Source: an uncultured virus (IMG/VR IMGVR_UViG_3300021431_000098)
Lineage: Duplodnaviria; Heunggongvirae; Uroviricota; Caudoviricetes; Crassvirales
DNA: 29,257 bases
Reading direction: 5' to 3' (one strand)
IMG/VR virus record: IMGVR_UViG_3300021431_000098
Shown: in pieces, positions 1 through 10,300 of the stretch
How the letters are laid out: each line of letters begins with the position of its first letter
Numbering within the stretch: position 1 is the first letter of the stretch
The notes under the pieces: generated by a model
What the model saw: the letters and a program-made list of their open reading frames with translations, nothing else
What the model was told of the DNA's origin: nothing
Databases searched by the model: none
Translations under genes and position numbers: made by a program

Positions 1-3000
1 GCCATAAACTTTAAATATAATACCTTTTCTACGAAGATTTTCTGGGTCAGATAAATTGTCCAATACTTTCTTCATAAATTGAATACCAGCTTTATTTTTA
101 GCATTCAAATGTTGAGGAGTATCCAACTGAGTATAAAGATAAGTATAATCAAACAATTCTATAGCATCAGAACCAGTATCAGCTATAGTTGCTTTAAACT
201 TATTAAGATTAGCTTCTGTTAAAACACCATCATTATTCCAAAATGTAAGTACATTAGTTTTACCAGCTTTTGTAGTTTCCACAGTGTTGCATTGAGCAAT
301 ATCAGCAGAATCCATAACTTCTGCTAAAATTTCTAATTCAGTACCACGAAGAAGTCTAGGTATTAAAACAAATTCTGCATTCTTAACTTGTCTAGGTGCA
401 GTAATATGGCTTTCTGTATTAGTATTGTGGTCGTAATAAAAGTTCTTTTGAAGTTGAATAAATTCACGTACAATATCAGGAGTTAATTCTTGAGTTTCAT
501 CATTTATTGCATCAATGAGAGGTTTATATTTATTTAATTCTCCTCTAAGAGCCACACGTCTTATAAATTCTTTGAATGTTATGAAAGATATAGCGTCATT
601 AGCTTTAACTCTATCAAATGCTTCTGCTATATTATTAGCAACATTTTCACCATATTGTTTTTTAATCTTAGCATAAACATTGCCACCTTTCTGCATTGAA
701 GCAACAGCATGAACAGAATTACTAATAGTAATACCTGTAAATGTTTTTCTTTGTTTTAACGTAAAACTAGAAACATTACCTGCACTATCTTTTACATTAA
801 ATATAGTACTATTCAAAGGACTTTTTACATCGACATTATAGTCATCATCCAAATTAGCTTTATCAACTTTAGTTATATCAAAAGTTGGGTCAAAAATACC
901 ATAACTGACACCACCTGCTTGTCCTTCTTTAGCTCTTTTAAAGAAATCTTGAGCATTTTTATAAAACTTACTATCACCCTCAACTAATTGGTCATAATTG
1001 ACATACATTAAATATGTATTAAGAGCCCATTCTGTAATATGTTCTTCATTAAATAACGAATTAGGAATAAATTCTTTATATTCCTGCATTTTATTTACAG
1101 AATAGTCAATAAATCTTTCTATAAACTTTTCAACATAAAAATCAATACATTCTTCTTGAGTCATTCTTGTTACAGTGCCGTCATCATTTCTATGTTCTAC
1201 TACTTTATCATCAGTAAATATCACATCAACACCTTTATCGGTAACTCTAGTATGAATGTACTTTCCTGTAGCACCCCCCGTAAGGAAATCAAATGCTTCT
1301 TTAAATAATTGCTCACCGAAGTTTTCTATCTCTATACCTTTTTCAGCAATACATAATTTATTACTTTTAAAACAATTACCAGTGAGAACCCAATTATCAT
1401 TTACTTTTTTAAGAATAGTTTTATCTTTATCGTTATAATGATAATTTGCATAAGCATTAGGACAGTCTTTACTATCAAACCAACCTTCTTTAAAAATAGG
1501 TTTATAGTCTTGACTAGAGTCACCTAATCTAACAATACCTGGAATTTCTTGTTCAAACATTACATACAAAGAATTAGCAATATCTGTTAATTCTTGCATT
1601 ATATTGTTCTTGTATTGTCTGAATATAGCGTGATTTTTATTTATTACTTTAGTTATAGCACCTTTTTTATACCCTTCCTCTATAATAAGATTATTTATGG
1701 TTCTATTCAAACTTTCTGGAATAGTTCTATCAGAAAGAATATAAACTTTATAATCTTTTAAATTTAAACTACTAGAATTACTATTGACAGGACCGTTATT
1801 AGAATTTCCAGCATAAAGAGTACCTTCAAGTACATATTCTAGTACATTACCATCAGGGTCAATATATTTTCTTCTAGTTCTTACAACATCGCCTAAATTA
1901 AAATATGGAGTATCAGAATATAATTCATTAAAAGCTACATTTCTTTGCTTTTTTATCATCGCTAAATCATCAACAACAATATCTCTTTGGTCAGAACCCC
2001 AAGTATTCACTCTAAGATTTTGAGGAATTGCAGCTCTATCTATAATCCCTCTATTTCTCAAAGTTTTTTCTATATAAGCTCTAGAAGACTCTTCATCAGC
2101 AATAAACAAGCCAGCAGTTCTATATTTAGGTGCAGTAAAAACATAATTATTGGGTTTATCTGCAGGTATTCTCATAAAATAATGAGCAAAATCAGCATCA
2201 ATATCTTCACTACGATAATCTGAACTTTTAGTATTAAAAAATACCATATATTGAGTAGTCGCAAAATCTTGTTTGCTAAGGTCTGCCCATGTAGCAACTT
2301 TTCCTAAATTAGGATTATCAACAGCTTCGAATTGTTCAACTTTAAATAGACTATCAGCATATTCTGTTGGCTGATATGTACCGTCAGGCATTTGTCTAAA
2401 TAAACCATGTATTACATTACCATTTTCATCAATATGTTCTATAAGAATATTACTATAATCAAATTGTTTAAACATAAAATGTTTAGCAGCAAAAGCTTCT
2501 AAAGCTTTAGGATTATTTAATATTCTATTTAAAGTACTAATGTAACTAGGTCTAAGAAAATTAGAAGTTTGTTTCTTTTTACTATTATACGAATTCTGAG
2601 ATATACTCATAGAAACATAATCTGATAATAATTCACCTAAACTATAACTAGCTTCAGTAGAACTATCAGAATATATATTACTACGTTTAACAGATTCTAA
2701 TAATGTAGTATCAGCAACCTCGTTAGACTCTCTTTCATAAGCAGCGTTTGCAGCTGCGATACTTCTTATTCTATTTCTACGTTTAACCCAATTATCAAAT
2801 GTTTCAGCAGCACCTGCAATACAAGCTTGCAATCTATCTATAAGAGCTATTTCATTTAATACTATCTGATTAGCTTGAGTTGTATCACCATTATTGTCTA
2901 TAAAATTATCAATACTATATTCTTCAATAGTAGGGAATAACTTAAGTAGTGTTCTTTTTATAACATCTCTACCTTCTTTTTTTGCATAACGTACAGCACC

Positions 3001-4374
3001 TCTAGCATTTGTTTTATCTGTTAAAGTTTTTCTAGCATTGGCTAATTCAGAACTTAAAGTACCTAATTCAGCAGAATATAATAAACTAGAATGATTTAAA
3101 TCTTTACGAAGCCTACGTTTAAGTAACGTTTCTTTATCACATTCAATATTTGCATAATTTACATTTATTTCCTTATCTTGAACATTAACTTTTAATTTTA
3201 ATGTTTTATGAAGATTGAACATTCTGAAACATCTATAAGCAAATTCTCTATCTGCTCTAAGTCTATCTGAAAATTGAATAAGACCTTTTAAGTTTGTTGA
3301 ATTTTTAGCAATATGTTCTACAGTTTCTATAAAAGAATCTACATTATCATAATTATTATTATCTGCTAAAATAGTACTAACAACTTCTTTAGGAGACATA
3401 TAAGTAACAACTCCCATTTCATTATTAGTATCATATTGATAGTTTCTAATTTTCTTTCCATTTTCTTCAGTTGTAGTAACTTCTGTACTAATAAGATTCG
3501 GAAGACTAGCTATATAAGACCTAAAATCAAAATCAAAGTTAGCTTCTGCTTTAATTTTATCTCCAGATTTATTGTCCAATTGTTGCAAATAGCCATCAGT
3601 AGTGTCATCATCATTATTATCCTCGACTACACCAGAATCATCTTCACCTGGTTCGTCTTGATTTTCTAATATATCAAATTGACTATCTTCTATATCTGTA
3701 ATAGTTCTTTCTCTTAATATTTCACCTAACTCACTATTTTTATATAAATCTTCAAAGAAAGTTTCATTATACTTTGCATAAGTTCCATCTTCTCTTTTAG
3801 TTTTAGTGCTAACTTCTTTATATAATGCAAACATATTTTTAACTTCAATAGGAGCGTTTTGAAGTTTTTCCTCTAAGTCAGCTATATTTGCTTTATTCAA
3901 TTCTTTTACAGTAGTTATTCCAATATCTTTAGGAAGTCTTGAAACTAACAAACTAGCAATACCATATACAGCACTTCTATTAAATTGGTCTTTTCGTTCT
4001 TCTTGAGTTTTATCAAGTAATTTATTAGTATTACGAACTCTGTTTATATAATGTTGTATATATTGCTTACCAATATCTCTAGCATTTACACTACTATAGC
4101 CGTAATGTTGAATATTAATATCAGTGGATGTTGTAGCATAATTAACATCCCAACGCTTGTTATTATATTCATCCATTACAAATTTAGCTATTTCATCTAA
4201 ATGTTCTTCACTAAAAGGAAGAGATGTTGTTTTAGTAAATCTGTCTTGAAATGCTTTAGTTATCTCACCGTTTCTTGTATAAACATTTCTATAAGCAGCT
4301 ATATTACTTACAGAACCTATTTTATTAGCAATTGCATTAGCAATTTGGTCTTGAAATGAAATGTTGCAACTCAT
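1..4374 (-). CDS. Giant virion-packaged DNA-dependent RNA polymerase of crAss-like phages (phi14:2 gp66-like), N-terminal 1458 codons, runs off the left edge
   Basis: ATG at 4374, 8 nt after the stop of the 2246-aa gene (MSCNISFQDQIANAIANK...). The frame reaches position 1 (...NLRRKGIIFKVYG) with no stop, which is why the ORF track omits it. It has motifs I recognise from crAss RNAPs: GDSKFYKNAQDFLKRAKE, KANDAISFITFKEFIRR, QLQKNFYYD, PRQVKNAEFVLIP, YTQLDTPQH, NKAGIQFMKKVLDN. It is the last gene of the cargo cluster. The catalytic DxDxD motif is expected beyond the window. Confidence 0.8.
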   Translation of the reverse strand, partial: MSCNISFQDQIANAIANKIGSVSNIAAYRNVYTRNGEITKAFQDRFTKTTSLPFSEEHLDEIAKFVMDEYNNKRWDVNYATTSTDINIQHYGYSSVNARDIGKQYIQHYINRVRNTNKLLDKTQEERKDQFNRSAVYGIASLLVSRLPKDIGITTVKELNKANIADLEEKLQNAPIEVKNMFALYKEVSTKTKREDGTYAKYNETFFEDLYKNSELGEILRERTITDIEDSQFDILENQDEPGEDDSGVVEDNNDDDTTDGYLQQLDNKSGDKIKAEANFDFDFRSYIASLPNLISTEVTTTEENGKKIRNYQYDTNNEMGVVTYMSPKEVVSTILADNNNYDNVDSFIETVEHIAKNSTNLKGLIQFSDRLRADREFAYRCFRMFNLHKTLKLKVNVQDKEINVNYANIECDKETLLKRRLRKDLNHSSLLYSAELGTLSSELANARKTLTDKTNARGAVRYAKKEGRDVIKRTLLKLFPTIEEYSIDNFIDNNGDTTQANQIVLNEIALIDRLQACIAGAAETFDNWVKRRNRIRSIAAANAAYERESNEVADTTLLESVKRSNIYSDSSTEASYSLGELLSDYVSMSISQNSYNSKKKQTSNFLRPSYISTLNRILNNPKALEAFAAKHFMFKQFDYSNILIEHIDENGNVIHGLFRQMPDGTYQPTEYADSLFKVEQFEAVDNPNLGKVATWADLSKQDFATTQYMVFFNTKSSDYRSEDIDADFAHYFMRIPADKPNNYVFTAPKYRTAGLFIADEESSRAYIEKTLRNRGIIDRAAIPQNLRVNTWGSDQRDIVVDDLAMIKKQRNVAFNELYSDTPYFNLGDVVRTRRKYIDPDGNVLEYVLEGTLYAGNSNNGPVNSNSSSLNLKDYKVYILSDRTIPESLNRTINNLIIEEGYKKGAITKVINKNHAIFRQYKNNIMQELTDIANSLYVMFEQEIPGIVRLGDSSQDYKPIFKEGWFDSKDCPNAYANYHYNDKDKTILKKVNDNWVLTGNCFKSNKLCIAEKGIEIENFGEQLFKEAFDFLTGGATGKYIHTRVTDKGVDVIFTDDKVVEHRNDDGTVTRMTQEECIDFYVEKFIERFIDYSVNKMQEYKEFIPNSLFNEEHITEWALNTYLMYVNYDQLVEGDSKFYKNAQDFFKRAKEGQAGGVSYGIFDPTFDITKVDKANLDDDYNVDVKSPLNSTIFNVKDSAGNVSSFTLKQRKTFTGITISNSVHAVASMQKGGNVYAKIKKQYGENVANNIAEAFDRVKANDAISFITFKEFIRRVALRGELNKYKPLIDAINDETQELTPDIVREFIQLQKNFYYDHNTNTESHITAPRQVKNAEFVLIPRLLRGTELEILAEVMDSADIAQCNTVETTKAGKTNVLTFWNNDGVLTEANLNKFKATIADTGSDAIELFDYTYLYTQLDTPQHLNAKNKAGIQFMKKVLDNLSDPENLRRKGIIFKVYG
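1274..1288 (+). repeat. Dispersed motif copy 1 (CCCCCCGTAAGGAAA)
   Basis: Inside the RNAP gene, encoding FLTGG on the minus strand. Confidence 0.75.
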
Positions 4375-4382
4375 TTTTGTTA

Positions 4383-7300
4383 TTATTTACAAGTTATATT
4401 AATATTTCCGTTTTCTAATTCTTCTCTAATTTGAGCTCTATCCTCAAAAGGAATTGTTGATAAGAATGTATTTATATTTGAAAAATTACCTAAATTAATA
4501 TCGTTCCTATTTTTAGTAAATTTATCTTCTATTGTAGAAAATCTATCGGCATCAATAGGCTTTATAATATCATCTTCATCTTCATCTTCTTCATTTTCAG
4601 GTCCTTTTTCTTTTTCACCATCTGTTTTTTCTCCTTCTACATTTTCAACAGGAGTATTATCGAATATATCACTTAAAGCATAAAACTCTTTTTCATATAG
4701 ACTATTTTCATTTATTCCCCAACCAAACAAGTCGCTAAGAAATTCAAATATTCTTTGCAATAAATTTTTCTTATTATTTGATTTATCTATATTTTCACTT
4801 TCTATATTATTAAGAATAAACGATAAACTGTTAGAAGTTAAACTTTCTACAAGAAATTCTTCAAATCTTTCATTTTCATTCGTATTATCTTCAAATAAAT
4901 AACTTCTTAAATAATCTTCTAAAGATATATCTGAATCACTTGGATAATTAGGAGCTAATAAATCAATAAGAGATTTATATTTATCCGAACTAGTATTATC
5001 TAAAATACTTTTATATTCATTATATATAGACTTTATTCTGCTTATATATTCTTCATTTCCATTATTAAGTATAGCATGAAGTCTTTCATGAATAAGTTTT
5101 TTAATAGCAGTTTCTGGATTGTTTTCAAAAAGTTCAATCCATTTAGGAGAAACATAAGTTATACCAGTTCCTATAACATATTCTGCATAATATTTATTTC
5201 CTAACTCTTCTTTATATTTTATATTATCAGGAAGTAAAGATTTATTTCCATAAGCACCAATAGCTGTATCTAAGAAATTTTTTACCTTTAAAAGTTGTTT
5301 TTTAGTATTAGATGTATCAGGAAGTAAATCTAAAATAGCATAACCTTTATTATGTTTTCTAGAATTAAGTATGTTGAAAATACTATTTCTAGTTGTATTT
5401 ACATTAATAGCAGAAGTATTAGTAGTAGAAACATTGTTTTCATTCATTTCTTCTACGGGGGGTGTTGAAATAGCAACAGTCCATCTTACACTTAAACCAT
5501 TTTCAGCAGCTTCTTTAGATGTCATTCTATTAGATTTTCCATCTTCACTTCTTTGGAGTGTTACCTTTAGTAAGTTATTACTAATTATAAATTGATTATA
5601 AGAATCATAAACAAATTTTTCATCACCAACTTCTATTACAAGTTTTCCATTTTCTCTATAAAAACCTGCATCTTGAGTTTTGGTATTTACTTGCTTAGAA
5701 TCATCTGAAATACCTCCAAATGAAATATTAAAAATAGCATTGTCGAATATAGTATTAACTAAAGTAGCTATACTTACAGATTCATTATTTATTTTAGCTT
5801 CACCTTTTTCTATTCTGCCTAATTCAGTATTTCCTTTTTTGAACGTTATTATACCATTTTCGGATTTAAGTTTTACTCCACCAAATAGTTTTTTATTAGA
5901 AGTTGTTGTTGTAAAATATTTATAAAAAGCATTTTTTATAGGTGTTCTATTACTTATAGCATTTTGTAATTCTTTTACTAAATCGGCTTTAGCTGCATTT
6001 ACAATATGTTTAGCATCTTCTGAAATACTTTTATCTTTAACAGAAACTACATGTGCTAAAGCCACTTTAGGAGTTCCTTTTTCATATATAACAAGATAAG
6101 GTAAAGACTGTCTATCATTTTGAACAAAACTAAGACTACCTTTTCCTGAAACATCCAAAAATCCAGGTTTTTTAGCAACAGCTATTTTATAAATATCTAA
6201 ATTAGGATTTACAGGCAAAGCTTCGCTCATAACACGAAAATCTTCTTTGTCTGTAAATCTAACATAAACGTTAGGAGCTTTTGCAACTGTAACTTTTACA
6301 GTTTTTCCTCCTTGTAAAGATTTATCTATTTCATCAGCTAAGCCATAATGATTATTAATATATTCAAACCAAATATCTATATTTTGAGAAAGTTCATCTT
6401 TAATTTCGTCAGGAGCATTAAATATATCAGAATAATCAGCTTGAATATATTTAAACAGTTTACTAAGATGTTCTAAAGCTTCATCATATCTATAATCATT
6501 TCTCTTTTTGTCAAAGTAAATAAAATCGTTTATACCTAAAGTTTTTATAGCATTTACGAAATCATCGTATAATTGACTTACGTTAGCTTTATCATTATAT
6601 GTGTATTCCCAAATAATGTCAAATAGTTTTTTATATTTACTATCTAACATTATTGATTTAAATAAATCTCTTACTTTTGATTCTATTATATTATCATTTC
6701 CATCTGTTAATATATCTATATTCCATCCTTCATTTATGATATGATAAACACCAGTTTTATTAGTTTCATCTGCTACACGTCTAGCTATAGGTGTAGTACC
6801 TACAACTTTACCATTTTTCATAAATTGAAGTCTAGCTTCATCTTCTTCTCCATCAACCTCAAGATACCCAAACTCTAATTCATCACCATCGTTAAGTTCA
6901 TCAAGACCTTCAAAAAATGCTTGAATTTTCGCATCTCTATTATCATCATCTTGAACATATCTAGAATAACTAGTAACATCTATATCAAAAGTAGAATCTC
7001 TTAATTTATCTTGTAAAGAATTTATTCTATCATCATAAATATGACTGAGAAAAGCATCATTTATTACAGCTTCCATATCACAAATTACAAAATCTCCAAT
7101 TTGCTTAGCTTTTCCATTTTTAGATAAAACAAGCATATCATTATATAGAGCTTTTATAATTATATCGTCTTTAGCAGAATCTTTATTTATATCAAATAAA
7201 TTCTTAATATATCTAAGTAAATTATCTACATGTATATAATATTTACCATCAAGTTTTTGTTTATTGGTAGTATCAACATAAGCTTGTAATAAACTTATGT

Positions 7301-10300
7301 AAGCATCTAACTTTTTAACTTCAGGATTAAATATATCTACAACTTTAGAGTATACTTTATTAGATTTATTAGCTTTAAACATTCTTCTTAAAGCACCCTC
7401 TATTTGTTTTCTAGCAAAAGCTTGAATTTCAAGTGTAGTATTAGAATAATCAGTATCTCCTTCAATAAGATCGTTTATAAACTTATCTATTTGTTCATCT
7501 GTAGCATCAGGATAATTTACAAGTAAGTTACGACCTTTTCTTACAATACTAGTAGAAATAGTTGTTGCTGAAAAGAAATCTTCATCTGTCAAAGTATCAT
7601 CAATTTCAGCTGCATTAGGAGCTTGTGGTGGAATTTCATCATAAGTTTGTTCCTCTCCCCCCATAGAAGAAAATGATGGAATAGGATTACCATACTCATC
7701 ATATTGTTCTTCACTTTGAGGAGCAGCTGCTTTTGGAGAAATAATTCCTTTTTCTCTTACTACACTGTTTTCAAGCTTTCCATTCTTTGTAAATACAATA
7801 GGTTTAGTTGTTATTTCCCAATTATCACTTATAATGTCAGTTTGTTTTTGATAAAACTTTACATTATTAAGTAATTCTATAGTTTTAGTATGATTTCTAT
7901 CTACAATTTCTAATTCATATAAATTATCACTATCAGTGGGTTTAAGTTTCGCATAAGTTTTTCCATTTTCCGACAACAAAATTTCTTTTGGCTGGGTCAA
8001 ATTTGGGTCTGAAACACCGCCATTTTTCCCATTTTCGGACGATTTGGGAGGCTTTTGCCCTGCTTGTGGAGAGTTGTCCCGCCCATCATTTTTAGGCTCT
8101 GTATCGGTCTGTTTTTGGCTCGCTTTCAGTGCATCCTCTTTATCAAATAGTCTAAAAATATTATCAATACTACTATTATCTGTTTGATTAGTAATATCTA
8201 AAACTTTCAATGCTTGGATAAGAGTATTCTTATCTTTTTCTTCTAATGTAGTATTATTGTTTGTAAAATCTTTAGCATTATCATAGAAATCATTTATGGC
8301 TTTCTTTAAAACATTACCATATTTTTTATATAATTCGACAATATTGACTCTTGAAAGATTAATAGCATCTCTTTTAGCTATATTCATACTTTCATCCAAG
8401 TTTTCAACCTCTCTTTTCAAATCATCTGTATTATCTACTATATCACTTTTTATTGCATTAATAGCTTTTGTATATTCAGACTCATTTATTAGAAGAGTGT
8501 AAAGTTCAGGATTTGCTTCTCTAAATTTTTGAAGAGTTCCGTCATTACTTACAGCTTTTTGTATTTTTCTAAAATCATCAACTTCAGCATCAGTTAAAGC
8601 TTTTCTATATTTATCATTTAAAAAGTCCAAACCCTCGATAGTTTGAACATTACCTGCAACTTGACCTTGTCTATTTACTAAAAGCCTATCAATATAATTT
8701 ACTTTTTCTTTTAATTCTTTTTCATCTACATTAACTATCTCACCTTTATCATTTACTTTCATGCCTAGCGATAAGGCAATGGCATAAACAACATTAGGAT
8801 ATTCTATTGAATTTTCAATAGTTTCTATTTGTTTATTTATTTTTTGAAGAGATATTCTAGCACTAAGGTTTAAGCCATCTTTGTTTATATCTTGATAATA
8901 TCTTCTTTGAACATATAGCCTACTAAGTTCTACAAGTTGTTCATTAGTTTTTAACATATCCTCAGTAAAACCTAATTGCTCAAATAATTTTATATTACTT
9001 TCTTGGGCTTTGAGTTCAGCAATTCTATCTTTAACATCTTTTACGGTTTCTTCAAGATTTTTAATTTTTGCTCTAGATTGTATATTTTTAGAGGCTATAA
9101 TACATAAATATTCAGCAGGAACAGATTGTTTTAAATAAGCAGAAGCATGACTTAATTTGATAAGTTCATTGTCCATTTGATGGTCAATATCTTCCATTTG
9201 AGTTAAAGTGCTATTTACAAATGATTGAGCATCTTCTTTTGACATAACACCAGCATCAGCAAATGCATTCATAACATTCTCATCAGCCAAAAATTCTTTA
9301 GCAAGACTTAATGTTCCATTTACTTTAGCACTTATTGTAACATCAGTAATATAATCAGTCCATAATCTTTGTTTAGCTTTTTCTTTCTCTACATTAGAAG
9401 TAAATTTACTTCTATCAGAAGTGTAAATATCGATACCAGCTTCTATATCTGCTAAATTCTTTAAGAAATTCTTAGTGTTAATAGCTGTATTTTGTATTGC
9501 TGTTTTTTGAGCTTCAACATCGGGTAAATCAGCAAGTCCGATAAAACTATCAATATCTTTGTTAGCTTTAAAATCTATACCTAAAGCTTTATATCTTGCT
9601 TTAAGTTCATTTGTACGTTGTAATTGATTAAATTTACTGCCAAGACCTTGAAACACTATACCACCCAATACTCCCCAAAAAGCAGCATCATGAAGTTGAG
9701 GATTTTTAATATAACTTTCAAGTCTAGTATCTAGAGGAGATGCTTGTTCTTGTTCTAACAATATCTTTCCATAAGTCATACCTTCTTGTTGAGCAACATA
9801 GTTTACTGCCTCTTCAACACCTTCACTAAGTTGTGCTTTAACAACCCAAGGACTATCATAAAGCTTATTTTTAGTCCATTTACCTGCTTTCTTTAACCAA
9901 TCTATTTTAGTAGCTTCTGTTGTAGTTGCAGCAGTTTGTCCAAATTCTTTAGCTGCTTGTTTATTCAAATCTCTTACACTAGCTTTAATATGTTCAGGTC
10001 TTGCTAATCCTTTCCAACTATTTCTTAAAAGATACATTTGGAAAATATCAAAACCAGCATTTAACATATCTATTCTAAATGTTTTATCTGCTGCATTACT
10101 AGCAATTCTTTTAGCAATTTCAGTAATGTTTGTAGTATCAACACCATCCAATTCATCGGCGTGATTTGCAATCCAATTGTCTAATTTGCCATTATCACGC
10201 ATTTTTGTAAGAACGTCTATATTATATGGAAGCGTATCATCATAGGTTTGTCTACTTTCTTGATAATTTTCCATAATACGTTGAAGAGAACCACTTATAA

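Noticed and set aside
2191..2205. DIDAD in the RNAP ORF as the catalytic DxDxD motif
   Set aside because: It lies well upstream of the conserved core motifs and lacks the expected G-x-D-F-D-x-D context. The real site should lie beyond the left edge.
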